Below the pieces are notes generated by a model. The model had not been told where the DNA came from, ran no database searches, and worked only from the letters and a program-made list of their open reading frames with translations. A stretch of DNA of 63,998 bases, filler included, from Stramenopiles sp. TOSAG23-3 (taxonomy: Eukaryota): the NCBI GenBank assembly GCA_900128585.1. It is 4 parts of 4 records of this genome, joined end to end, with 100 filler letters (N's around TTAATTAATTAA, not from the genome) between each part and the next. Parts side by side here need not be neighbours in the genome. Positions count along the whole stretch, not along the records: positions 1 to 16,497 come from LT642485.1; positions 16,598 to 33,036 come from LT642486.1; 2 more parts are not named here. One strand, 5' to 3'. Each line of letters begins with the position of its first letter. Within the stretch, counting starts at the first letter, position 1. Positions 10,385 through 21,016 of this stretch are shown one piece after another. A program made the translations under genes and the position numbers.

Positions 10385-11914
10385 ATGAGTAAACTGGCTT
10401 CCGAGGGTGTTGCAGGCGTATGCGAGGAGTTGAAGGTGGCTGCGGAAGACTGGGCATCGGCGAATGGTCTTCTCGTTCGGAATGGTGAAGGATTTGGAAC
10501 CTGTCCCGTAACGCTGGTTCCTTCTGCATTTCCTCGTGATGTTTACCTTGAAGCCAGGGAGATCGCGCCTATCTTCAACCGGTTGGTAGACCGGGTCAGC
10601 CGCGACTTGTCGTGGTTACTTGAAACACTTTCGGCTACAGGAGCCGGGGACGACTTTATAAAGAAACAGATGGACATAATGAAGGAGGTCTATCTGAACT
10701 CGGGTGTCAACGGCGGGGAAAAGGTGCAGAGTGCGTACCTTGGATGCCATCGGTCGGACTACATGGTCCACCACGCGCCAGAGGGTGAAAAGAAGGTCCC
10801 AATTTTCCCGTCCGCAAGGGGGGAGCCTCAGGGACGTTTCCTTCAGGTCGAATTCAACACCATCGCGTCTTCCTTCGGGTCCTTGTCGAACAAAACTAGT
10901 TTGCTGCACAGATACCTGTGCACCAGGCACGGCGATCTTGTGCAAAGGTATTACAAGAGTATTGGAAAGAACATAGGTTTGCCGGAATCGAGCAGCATGC
11001 CGAACACGGCAAACATACAAGTCCTCTGCGAAGGTATGGCCCGGGCCTTCGACCATTACGTTGGGCAGCGAGGGCTGGACAGGTCCAGCTGCAGCGCGTA
11101 CATAGTTTTTGTAGTGTCTGACGGGGAGCGCAACTCGGTAGACCAGCGAATGCTTGAATACGAGCTCTGGGAAACGTACGGAATTCCCGTGCTGCGCCGT
11201 TCGCTAACGAACATCTCCGCCTCTGCTCGTATCGACACTAGTAGCAACCAAGAGCCTGTGCTGTACGCGGACCAGGGGCAGAAGGAGGTAGCGGTCGTGT
11301 ACTACCGCGACGGGTACTCCCCCGACGCGTACCCAACGCAGAAAGAGTGGGACGCGCGTTTGCTGATCGAGCGGTCTTATGCGATTAAATGCCCAAGCAT
11401 CCCTTACCACCTTGTTGGGGCAAAGAAAGTACAGCAAGCACTTGCAGTAGACGGAGTCCTAGAAAAGTTTCTAAACCCCGAAGAATCGAAGCGTATCCGG
11501 CAGTGCTTTGCGGGTTTGTACGGGCTGACGGACCCGGCCATCGCTGCGGCCATCGAGAGCCCGGAACATTTTGTCCTGAAGCCCCAACGGGAAGGAGGGG
11601 GGAATAATGTGTACGGAGAGGACATACCAAAGGTTTTGCCCAAGCTGTCGCAGACGGAGCGGGACGCATACATACTGATGCAGAGAATATTCCCCGTGGC
11701 CCAGAAGTCCCTGTTTCTTCTGAAGAGCGGGGAGGTGAAGACCGTGCAGTCCCTGAGTGAGCTTGGTATTTACAGCGCGTTCCTCGGCGACAGCACGAAC
11801 GAGTATTTGAACAAGACCGGCGGGCATTTGTTGCGAACAAAGGCGGAGGGGATGGACGAAGGGGGTGTGGCATCTGGGTACGCCGTGATCGACAGCCCTT
11901 ATTTGGTCGACTAA
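10385..11914 (+). CDS. GSS: Glutathione synthetase, eukaryotic type
   Basis: Motifs LGCHRSDYM, QVEFNTIASSF, ERNSVDQ, KCPSIPYHLVGAKKVQQ, KPQREGGGNN, SELGIY and EGGVASG. Confidence 0.97.
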   Translation: MSKLASEGVAGVCEELKVAAEDWASANGLLVRNGEGFGTCPVTLVPSAFPRDVYLEAREIAPIFNRLVDRVSRDLSWLLETLSATGAGDDFIKKQMDIMKEVYLNSGVNGGEKVQSAYLGCHRSDYMVHHAPEGEKKVPIFPSARGEPQGRFLQVEFNTIASSFGSLSNKTSLLHRYLCTRHGDLVQRYYKSIGKNIGLPESSSMPNTANIQVLCEGMARAFDHYVGQRGLDRSSCSAYIVFVVSDGERNSVDQRMLEYELWETYGIPVLRRSLTNISASARIDTSSNQEPVLYADQGQKEVAVVYYRDGYSPDAYPTQKEWDARLLIERSYAIKCPSIPYHLVGAKKVQQALAVDGVLEKFLNPEESKRIRQCFAGLYGLTDPAIAAAIESPEHFVLKPQREGGGNNVYGEDIPKVLPKLSQTERDAYILMQRIFPVAQKSLFLLKSGEVKTVQSLSELGIYSAFLGDSTNEYLNKTGGHLLRTKAEGMDEGGVASGYAVIDSPYLVD

Positions 11915-12751
11915 ATTTTAGTTTTTAAAGTACTCTTGTCATCGGGCGGCTTTTTACGTTTTTACGAAAAACGGCCGGAGGCAAAGTCACACCAACAACA
12001 ACAATAATAATTCTTCGTTTGCATTTTGTTTTGTTTTTACAATTATTATGTTATATAGACACAGCATATAATAAAATAAAGTAATATTTCTCCTCGAAAG
12101 AAAATATATTTCTAAAAAAACACTTACTACAACAAAAAAATAAAAACACGACTGTCGTTGTTTTTTTAAAGTAAAAGGCTTTGATAGACAGCTGTTCAAT
12201 AAAGTGTTCAGTGTCCTTGGCGCGAAAAAAAATCCAACTCGAATTTCAAAGTATGGAAGCGTTCGGCCAGAAAATGACAAATGAAAGGAAGGGGGACACA
12301 TATATGCATAAGTTTAGATCACGCGATTGCTCCGCACGCGGTGCTCGGTCTTCAACGAACATTTATAAATTGTTTGCCCTCTAATGACTTGGAATTACGG
12401 TTCCCAGGGACAATTTTTTGTGAAATGGACGATTTAGACCAAACGCCGCCCCATCAGACTATTATTCGTTTGCTTGTTTTTCAAAAACAAACCATACCGG
12501 CATAATTTAATATATCTCAAACCACTTTTGACGTTCTAAATTTTTTAAAAATATCCTTTTTTTATAAAGATCCCTTCGTTTGATATAGTTAGCACACAGT
12601 CGTTTGCCATTTTTCAATTCCGCGCCAAAGATACTTGACATCTCGAAATCTACACTTGCCGTGGCTTGGTGCTGTGTGGATGTACAATATATAATACATA
12701 TTTTACTTGTACAAATTATAATAAATAAGTAAATAAAATAAATAACCACTC

Positions 12752-15700
12752 TCATGAAAACTGTGATTTCTTCTTTTTTTCGGCTCCGGCCAAGGCAAAC
12801 CTTTTCTTCCGCTTCTCCTTTTCGGTGCCTTCGAAGATTCTGGCGGTGATTTCTGCCTCCTTCCGTTTCCTTGCATTTCTCGCTTCCTCCGTCAGCTTTC
12901 GCTTCTTGGTTTTCTCGTTTCGTACGGTACGAACCTGTTGCATCATGGTGTACAGTTTCCGCTCTTTCGGGTTCATGACGACGGCCCTGGCGTTTTCGTA
13001 CGTCTCTTTATTTCTATTGCTACGCTTCTTGTTCAATTTCGGTTTCGATTTGAACGGCAGCGCCTTCTGCAGCTTGGCGGGGATACGAAGAGGGTTGAAC
13101 TTGCGAGCCTCGCGTTCGATGGGCTTGTACAGAGAATCCCTGTTCAATGGGGCTGTCTGCTTCAGGTCATGCCTCAATTTCCCGATGGTGCGCAGGCCTT
13201 GCCACTGCTGACCCTCCGGCATCAGTCTCGAGAACACGGGGTAGTAGAACTCCTTCAAGTCCACTTGGGTCCATGTTCGCAAGAATATTATATCGCTCAT
13301 GAGAATCTTGTCCTCAAAGGTGGCGCGAAAGGTCCCCGTGCCCCCCCTCGTTGCTTTCTTCACCATCCCGCGAATTCCGCTGACAGTCTTAATGTTTGCT
13401 CCGACAAATTTCGCAACTTCCAGCTCACTGCTGAACATCCCCCGAATGAAGGCGGTGTTCTTGTGGATCTTGTGGGGAGTGCCCGTCAGCTTCAACTTCT
13501 TGACGATTTTGAATGAGTGGTCGAGCTCCAATACCGTCCCCGTCGCAGCGACCCGAAACCCTTTTTCCTCCGTTCCCAAGCTCTGAAATGCAAGAAAGCC
13601 AGTGTTTGGCGGCATGTTTGGGGCGTAGAAATTGGACAAGCAGTGCATGTGCTCGGGGGTGTACTTGAGCATTCGGTGCCGACCGTTGATGTCCTCCGTT
13701 GCGTACACGGGAATGGACTGAAACCGGCGCCACCCCACCGAGTAAATAAGTGGATCATGCGACTTAAGCAAGCGCTTGTACCAGCGGTGCTTCTTTACTC
13801 GTACCCTCATGAAGCCCATCGATATTTCTTGCGGCAGCAGCCCACCAATCAGGACGGGCGCCTTGGGCGTGAAGTGGAGAATAAACTCCGCCGGGATCCC
13901 TTCGAGCTCCAGGCGCACGTACCTCCCGGCAGGTATCCCTGTGTGGCGAACGTCCGACTCCTTTTTAAACTCCGTCAGGTTCAGCTTGTCCTGTGCGTTC
14001 TTCAGTGCACGCTCTTCCGCCCTCTGGGGGTCGTCGTCGTCCGAGTCGAATTCCTCGTTGTTCTTTCTCATATGGGGCTTTACCTTTCGTCCCTGGTCAG
14101 TGGGGTCTGTTACTTCGATGTCTGCGTCTGTCAGGTCGCCGCCCGGCGGGGAATCTCCGTCGGCCTTCGAACCTTTGACCCCTACGACTGCGCCATCCCG
14201 GGAGAACACTTCCCCGGTTTCCAAGTCCTCAAAACCGTCGTCACCCCCGCCTTCCTCCCCTTCCCCCTCGGCGCCCTTCGCCTCGTTCCAGTTTCCAGTG
14301 ACGAACCGGTCGCGTATGGCCTCTTTGATATCGACGGAATCCCAATCTTTTATTCGTTGCTTGGCAACCATAAACTTGGAAGAGTCCCTCGCATACTGCG
14401 CCGCTTCGCTCTTCTCCTCGTCGTCCTTGTCGGAGTCGTTTTCCTCGGCCTGGGGGGTGTCGCCGGCTGAGTCACTCTTTCTAATGGTAAAGAAGTCGTC
14501 GCCGTCGCTACTATCACCACCATCGCTACTGTCCGATTCGTCGTCGTTGCCACTGCCGTACACTAGCTCCATCAAGTCCGCCGAGACATTCTTTCGTTCC
14601 TCGTAGTTCTTTGCGGCACGCTCGGCGAGCCCCACTTTCCACCTTGCATCGGATTCGACGACTGCAGGACCATCCTCTCCACTGTTGCTCGAGTCGCTGC
14701 TTCCATCGCTTTCATCGCTGCTGCTTCCACTCCCGTTGCTGCTACTGTCGCTCCCACTGCTGCTGCCCCCATCGTTCTGGCGCGCCTGCGCCGCCGAAGC
14801 GGAGGGAACGTCAAACCGATCGCCTTCTCCCTCCTGCTGCCCCGTGCCTTGGTCAAAGTTGTCCACGTCGTCAGCAGTGAGGGGTTTGCTCCCTGCAAAC
14901 AGGGACATCGTCGCATCTTCCAGCCTCTGCATCCCAATGCTTTCATCCTTGTCCACGTCCTGTAGTTTCCGCATCATGACGACCCCCTCGGCCTGCTCGT
15001 CCGTCTTCTTCGGGTCTACTCGAATGTACATGGCGTCCTTGTCGAACATCACGTTCCCCACGTCGGACATCGGGGCGTACAGGAGAGTCTCTTTCGCATT
15101 AAGTTTCCGGCGCATCACCTTAACGTTCGTGTCCCCAATCCCAGTTGCCCCGGTCGAGTCGTTGGCGGCCGCCTCCTCCGCAGCTTTCCTCGCCTCCTCC
15201 ATCGCCTGGTACTGCGGGGAAGGACACGGGTCTTCCAGGGCAGTGATCCCTTTGATGTAAAAGTCTCCGGCACCTGCAATGTGGACTTTCGAGCCTTCTT
15301 TCAGGTTGGTCCCCCGCGCGTAACCATACAGCAACACGTTCCGGTCGCATCGCTCGTCCAGGTGAACTTGTTGCGGCGGCGTGATGTCCTCGTACCTATC
15401 CGCCAGCACGTACGGGTGGGAATTGCGCCATATCAGTGGCCGGAACTTCATGCGAGAGATGTACAGGGACAGGTTGTGAACTTCCGCTTTGGGGTACTTT
15501 CCATTTATGACGCCAGACATGTGGAACAGCTTTGCGCCGTCGTAAATATCTGTCCAGAAGCGCTTCTTTAGCCGCTTCTTCGTCTTCGCCAGCTTCTTTC
15601 CGTCCTTAAAGCCGTCCAAATGCGTCACAAGACCGAGCACCTTTGGGAAACCGTGCACCTGAAGGATGTTCAAAAACTCGAACGTTTCCATCTGAAAACC

Positions 15701-16168
15701 TACGCTCCCGTTCACCATCAACAGAACAAGGTCAGCAATTTTTCCGATATCAAGCATGGAGTTCAGGTCGTTGCTGCACTCGAAAAATGTGACCCGCCGG
15801 GCCTTTCCCGTCACGACGGTTATGGGTCCCTGTATCTCGCCTATATTGTGCTTTGTGAACTTCTTCACGAACGATTTGAGAAGGGTGGACTTTCCGCACC
15901 CGGTTGGCCCAACAACGGCGACAATGATTGGCGGCGGATCAAACAGTGGGGTCTTTGACACTTGCTTGACATATTCTTTCTTGTGCTCCCTGTCCAAATT
16001 TCTCTGAACCTGCCGCGCAGCTTTTACCCTCGACTTTACCGTGAAAGCTTTTGCATTCTGGCCTTTCTCCTTCACGCCACGCTTCTTCTGGTCGCGCTCC
16101 TTCTTTCTCGCTGCTTTCGGGCCAGACTTTGACTTTCGGTGGATCAAGTTCGACTGTAGTTCCGACAT
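12752..16168 (-). CDS. BMS1: Ribosome biogenesis GTPase BMS1
   Basis: [60 protein letters not shown] and SGIRG.VKK. Uninterrupted ORF. Confidence 0.97.
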   Translation of the reverse strand: MSELQSNLIHRKSKSGPKAARKKERDQKKRGVKEKGQNAKAFTVKSRVKAARQVQRNLDREHKKEYVKQVSKTPLFDPPPIIVAVVGPTGCGKSTLLKSFVKKFTKHNIGEIQGPITVVTGKARRVTFFECSNDLNSMLDIGKIADLVLLMVNGSVGFQMETFEFLNILQVHGFPKVLGLVTHLDGFKDGKKLAKTKKRLKKRFWTDIYDGAKLFHMSGVINGKYPKAEVHNLSLYISRMKFRPLIWRNSHPYVLADRYEDITPPQQVHLDERCDRNVLLYGYARGTNLKEGSKVHIAGAGDFYIKGITALEDPCPSPQYQAMEEARKAAEEAAANDSTGATGIGDTNVKVMRRKLNAKETLLYAPMSDVGNVMFDKDAMYIRVDPKKTDEQAEGVVMMRKLQDVDKDESIGMQRLEDATMSLFAGSKPLTADDVDNFDQGTGQQEGEGDRFDVPSASAAQARQNDGGSSSGSDSSSNGSGSSSDESDGSSDSSNSGEDGPAVVESDARWKVGLAERAAKNYEERKNVSADLMELVYGSGNDDESDSSDGGDSSDGDDFFTIRKSDSAGDTPQAEENDSDKDDEEKSEAAQYARDSSKFMVAKQRIKDWDSVDIKEAIRDRFVTGNWNEAKGAEGEGEEGGGDDGFEDLETGEVFSRDGAVVGVKGSKADGDSPPGGDLTDADIEVTDPTDQGRKVKPHMRKNNEEFDSDDDDPQRAEERALKNAQDKLNLTEFKKESDVRHTGIPAGRYVRLELEGIPAEFILHFTPKAPVLIGGLLPQEISMGFMRVRVKKHRWYKRLLKSHDPLIYSVGWRRFQSIPVYATEDINGRHRMLKYTPEHMHCLSNFYAPNMPPNTGFLAFQSLGTEEKGFRVAATGTVLELDHSFKIVKKLKLTGTPHKIHKNTAFIRGMFSSELEVAKFVGANIKTVSGIRGMVKKATRGGTGTFRATFEDKILMSDIIFLRTWTQVDLKEFYYPVFSRLMPEGQQWQGLRTIGKLRHDLKQTAPLNRDSLYKPIEREARKFNPLRIPAKLQKALPFKSKPKLNKKRSNRNKETYENARAVVMNPKERKLYTMMQQVRTVRNEKTKKRKLTEEARNARKRKEAEITARIFEGTEKEKRKKRFALAGAEKKKKSQFS

Positions 16169-16417
16169 CCTTTCCTGCACCAAGAGAGATATACAAGCAC
16201 CCTAATGACAACAACAACCGAAACGTTTGAAACTATATATAAATTTCTTTTACTGTTTGTTTTCTTCTTTCATTCAATTAACATATATTACCATTATTAT
16301 TTTCTTACCGTTCATCGTTCATGACCAACCATGACTTTCCCCAATTCTTTATTATTTTATATAATAAAAAGACAACGTCGTACTACGACGGTGGAATACC
16401 ATCATCTTTATTATTTT

Positions 16418-16419
16418 CT

Positions 16420-16482
<63 letters not shown>

Positions 16483-16497
16483 GTCTTTCTTTCTTTC
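16418..16497 (+). repeat. (CTTT)n microsatellite at contig end
   Basis: Direct reading. Confidence 0.97.
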
Positions 16498-16597
16498 NNN
16501 NNNNNNNNNNNNNNNNNNNNNNNNNNNNNNNNNNNNNNNNNTTAATTAATTAANNNNNNNNNNNNNNNNNNNNNNNNNNNNNNNNNNNNNNNNNNNN
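16498..16597. other. Artificial contig linker
   Basis: 44 N + TTAATTAATTAA (stops in all six frames) + 44 N. Confidence 0.98.
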
Positions 16598-17173
16598 GGT
16601 ATTATTTTTAAATTTTTAAATTTTTCTTCTTCTGTGATTGATGTCCTCCACCATCGTGACATCAGCCACATACATAATATTACACACAGGACGACAGAGG
16701 CAGGAGAAAGAAGTCAAAAATCGTCGTCCTCCTCCATCCAGGCAACTTCTTCTTTTTTTACGACTTTCCTACTATTTCGATATTATATTTTGTTATTTCT
16801 TCTTTCTTCTTCTTTCTTCTATCTTACAAATAACTACATGTGCTGGTCCTATTTTTCAATGGTATTTCTATGTATTATTATTATTAAAATTAAGTAACAA
16901 CATAGTAGACTATTATTATGTTTTTTTTTTTTTATTATTTTTTTTTATTATTAATTAAGATTATTTTTTGGTGGTGGGTGGAGCAGCAAACGCCGCCCCA
17001 CTCACAAGACAAATCACCACCCTAAGAAAGAAGTGATGAATGATTAGTAAGTAAATTCAATCACACAATCAATCAACGCATTGATAACAGCAGACTCACC
17101 TGTTCTTGCTCGTAAAAAAACAAACGAACTACAGAGAACTGTACAAAATAATACCTGTACCCACGGACGCACC

Positions 17174-18640
17174 ATGGAGCTGTTGCAAAATAAAATCAAG
17201 CAGCTGGAGGACCAGCTGCAAGAGGAGAGGCGGAGTCGGGCGTTAGGAAACAACAATATTATACTGTTGACGGACAGTTACAAAGTGTCCCATCACGTGC
17301 AGTACCCCCCAAATACGACAAAAATTTACTCGTACTTTGAAAGTCGGGGCGGGAAACACAGGGAGTGTTGCTTTTTTGGGTTGCAATACTTTATCAAGCG
17401 GTACCTTGTCGGCGCGGTCGTGACCCAGGAGAAAATCAACGAGGCCGAGGAAGTGTACAGGATGCATTTTGGCCAAGGAACCAACGTTTTCAACAAAGCG
17501 GGGTGGCAGTACATCCTCGAGAAACACAAAGGTATCCTTCCAGTGAGGATAAAAGCACTCCCAGAGGGGACGTGCTTGCCGTACAAGAACGCAATGTTTA
17601 CCATGGAAAACACGGACCCAAAATGTTTTTGGTTGACGAACTTCTTGGAAACGCTTCTAGTGCAAGTATGGTACCCGATGACCGTCGCGACCAACAGCAG
17701 GGAGCAAAAGAAAGTCATCTTGCAGTACTTGAAGGAAACAGGGGATCCGTCTCTCGTCGACTTCAAACTGCACGACTTCGGTTTCCGTGGGGTTTCGTCG
17801 GTGGAGACGGCCGGTATCGGGGGGGCGGCGCACTTGACGCAATTCTTAGGGACCGACACCGTTGCCAGCCTCGTGGTGGCCAGAGACTATTATGGTGCCG
17901 GCTGTGCAGGTTTTTCTATCCCTGCTTCCGAGCATAGCACAATGACATCGTGGGCAAAGGAGAACGAAATTGACGCGTACAAGAACATGCTAGAACAGTA
18001 CCCCGAGGGCCTCGTGGCGTGCGTCAGCGACAGCTACGACTTGTACAACGCAGCATCGAAGCTCTGGGGCGAGCAGTTGAAGGCTCAAGTCATGGGCCGG
18101 AAGGGCACGTTGGTGATCCGTCCCGACAGTGGAGACCCCCCGACCGTCGATCTGAAACTGTTGGAATTGCTAGGGGAAGCATTTGGGTTTAAAGTCAACG
18201 AGAAAGGGTACAAAGTCCTGGACGACCACGTTCGCATCATACAGGGTGACGGGATTGACTACGAGATGATCGTAAAGATTCTTTCGCATTTGAAAGAAAA
18301 TGGTTGGAGCGCAGACAACATTGCATTCGGCTCGGGCGGCGGTTTGCTGCAGAAACACAACCGAGACACTCAAAAGTGCGCTTTTAAATGCAGCATGGCA
18401 GTAATCGATGATAAAGAAGTCCCTGTCTTTAAAGACCCGATCACAGACCCGGGGAAAAAGTCAAAGAAGGGGTACCTGACCGTCCACAACGTAGAAGGGA
18501 AGTGGGAAACACGGTGCGATGGGAACCATGATTTTGAAACGGATGTTTTGCAAACTGTTTTTGAGAATGGGAAACTTATCTTGGATCAATCTTGGGAAGA
18601 CATTAGAAAACGAGCAGAAGTCAATTTAGACGATCTCTAA
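17174..18640 (+). CDS. NAMPT: Nicotinamide phosphoribosyltransferase
   Basis: LLTDSYKVSH, YFESRGG, KLHDFGFRGVSS, SIPASEHS, VSDSYD, IRPDSGDP, IIQGDG, FGSGGGLLQK and KSKKG. Confidence 0.97.
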   Translation: MELLQNKIKQLEDQLQEERRSRALGNNNIILLTDSYKVSHHVQYPPNTTKIYSYFESRGGKHRECCFFGLQYFIKRYLVGAVVTQEKINEAEEVYRMHFGQGTNVFNKAGWQYILEKHKGILPVRIKALPEGTCLPYKNAMFTMENTDPKCFWLTNFLETLLVQVWYPMTVATNSREQKKVILQYLKETGDPSLVDFKLHDFGFRGVSSVETAGIGGAAHLTQFLGTDTVASLVVARDYYGAGCAGFSIPASEHSTMTSWAKENEIDAYKNMLEQYPEGLVACVSDSYDLYNAASKLWGEQLKAQVMGRKGTLVIRPDSGDPPTVDLKLLELLGEAFGFKVNEKGYKVLDDHVRIIQGDGIDYEMIVKILSHLKENGWSADNIAFGSGGGLLQKHNRDTQKCAFKCSMAVIDDKEVPVFKDPITDPGKKSKKGYLTVHNVEGKWETRCDGNHDFETDVLQTVFENGKLILDQSWEDIRKRAEVNLDDL

Positions 18641-18966
18641 AATATTGGGGGCGTGAAGATTATATTAGACTCATTCCTACCAGTAGTATGTTAGTCTCAT
18701 TTTATTAGCCAGCTCTCGTAAATGAAAAAAGTCTTCCTCTTTTGATTTTATTCTCTCTCCATAATATAACTTTAAAAGCTCTTCTCTTTATTAAGCGTTT
18801 ACATACATACCAAAGGTACCAATTATTAGAAGAAGAAGGGCAGAGAGGCCAGCACCGTCTCTCATTTCTTCCGTACCGGTACGGGAACCTGGTACGAAAA
18901 TATAATACGAACAATTAATAAATAAAAATTGTAGAAACTATTATAGCACTCTTTGATTCTGAATCA

Positions 18967-20112
18967 CTACATGGAATTACATGCGGTTTTTGCGTTATTG
19001 CGTTTGGAGCGCTTTGGAAGAGTAAGCGCAATCCCCTCGGCAATATCCAAGTCCAAGCCAAACACTTTACGCCCTAGTGTACTTGGACGAAAAGAAGAAT
19101 TGTATAAATTCAGATGCGTTGCAAGCGGGCGATATGGTGTCCCCGAAGTAGGCATGGCCCGAATGTATTGAACCGCACGCCATGCTTCTGATTTGTTTGG
19201 ATGATTTCCGTGCATCAAAAGGCTCGTCCAGCATAACAAACAGCCTTTGCGTATTGGGATTTGCTGTATTCTCTGGCGTAGCTTATCGCTTGGCGGGACT
19301 TGCATATTCGATGGACTGGCGTGTGTCTGATTGACTGAAAGAGCGGACCACTCAAGTGCGAATTGGTGAGACCCTGGAACGCAATGGAATCCACCATCTT
19401 CTACCCGCGCATCCGTCAGTGTTAGAAGGCCTTGGATTATTATAGTTTTTGAAAAATCAATCGGCAGACCAGTGTTTGCGAAAGAACCGATACTAGCCTT
19501 ACCAAGGAGAGGGTTGCAGTCCAAGTGCAACCAGTTGCTGACTGTCCTCCACGCCTCAACATCTTTGACAGTCCCTTGTCCGAAATCCACGTTTTTTGTT
19601 GGTCGCATAATCCCTAGGCGATCATGATCCATCCATAAATCTTCTGTTTTAAGAACTTTTGCGAAGGCTTGATGAACTCGAGGATTTTGTCGATTTTCGA
19701 GTTGTCGCAACGACTGTAGATCAGGCCCAAGGCCCATAATTCCCAAGTGACCAAATCGCTGGCTATCCCAAAACTCTGCCCATGTCCTTGGATCATCGCG
19801 CCGCAAGCCTAGCTTGTGTTTATTCTCCCAAAACTCGTCTACAGTAACATCAGCCTCTTCCGCTGTCAAGACGTTTCTTATAACAACAAAACCGTATTTA
19901 TCAAAGAAAGCCTGAATGTCTTGGGCACTGTCCGTTACCACATCAAAGTCGCGTACAAATCCGTCGCTTTCTATAGGAGCCAAGATGGGTTTTTTACTGT
20001 AAACCTTTTCTTCCATCAGTGTCTGTTTAGCTTCGCTAGGTTTATATTCAGAATTGCTGAAACTTTGAAGGATGATAGAAAAGAAATAAGCGTCGCATAG
20101 TAAGTGGTACAT
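18967..20112 (-). CDS. Phytanoyl-CoA dioxygenase (PhyH)-family Fe/2OG oxygenase; alternative start at 20016
   Basis: FFDKYGFVVIRNVL, HxD in WLHLDCNP, QGLLTLTD...DGGFHCVPGSH, HGNHPN and the distal R in WRAVQY. Confidence 0.9.
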   Translation of the reverse strand: MYHLLCDAYFFSIILQSFSNSEYKPSEAKQTLMEEKVYSKKPILAPIESDGFVRDFDVVTDSAQDIQAFFDKYGFVVIRNVLTAEEADVTVDEFWENKHKLGLRRDDPRTWAEFWDSQRFGHLGIMGLGPDLQSLRQLENRQNPRVHQAFAKVLKTEDLWMDHDRLGIMRPTKNVDFGQGTVKDVEAWRTVSNWLHLDCNPLLGKASIGSFANTGLPIDFSKTIIIQGLLTLTDARVEDGGFHCVPGSHQFALEWSALSVNQTHASPSNMQVPPSDKLRQRIQQIPIRKGCLLCWTSLLMHGNHPNKSEAWRAVQYIRAMPTSGTPYRPLATHLNLYNSSFRPSTLGRKVFGLDLDIAEGIALTLPKRSKRNNAKTACNSM

Positions 20113-21016
20113 GCACTCCGTGTTCGTATTTTTGTGTGTGCGTGATTCGTCTTCTATCTTCTTCTTCTTCTCGTCGCGTCGTTTTCGTACGTGTCATTTT
20201 TGTAGTGCTTGTATCTTGTGTTGGTGTTATGATTTTTCTCTTTACTTCTACTACCTGGTATTTTGTACACTACGGTACTAATAATACTGTAATAAAGAAG
20301 AGACAACAGGTTCTCTCTCTTTCTTCTTTAGCTTTTTTTTTACAGCTTTTATTATTAGTCTATTAATAATAGAAGGAAAAAAATTTCTGTGGAAAAGGTG
20401 GTGGTGTAGATATATAGAGAAATAATAAAAATTACCATTAATATTATAGTCGTCTATCTATTTTAGGATTTATCGAAGAAGAAGAACCGTACCTGTAAAA
20501 AAAAAAGAAGAAAAAAAAAGGAAAAAGCTTTTATTTTTTTTTACGTGAGATAATAAAATAACATATACAGAGCATAAGAAACCACTGCTGAAAGAAAGAA
20601 AAAAAAGAGGAATTGCTTCAGTAAATACGGTAACATATACACAGCAAAAGAAATCATCAAGGAAAAAAGAATGAAGATCTTGTTTTTGTCAAAATTGTCA
20701 ATAATACATTACACAGGACTGGAATCAATTTTCAATTTTTACTTATTATGCCTCTGTGTTTGCTGAATTTATAATCAATGCTGTGATACTGTATTTTAAA
20801 TGTACGATACTCTCATCGGCGATCACGTGGCAATCATATATAGTTTAGTTTCTTTTTGTGGTATTTGCTGGTACCCCATACCTTTGTACCGGTAGGATGA
20901 CCAGCATAATTGATTAGTAAACAAATATTATATTCTCACAGAAAATTAAGAAACAATCTATCTTATCAAATAACAAAAACTATTCAAACCTACGCACAAA
21001 AAAACAAACGAAAGCA

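Noticed and set aside
12200-12640. E2F-like TTTCGCGCCAA sites in inverted orientation and an Sm-like AATTTTTTG
   Set aside because: Lies between convergent gene ends, the arms match weakly, and I found no snRNA hallmark sequence.
13517-15260. Long antisense ORFs over BMS1 and similar ones over other genes
   Set aside because: Shadow ORFs of GC-rich coding strands, with no independent motifs.
17034-17110. GTGATGA as a snoRNA C box
   Set aside because: No suitably placed CTGA D box or terminal stem.
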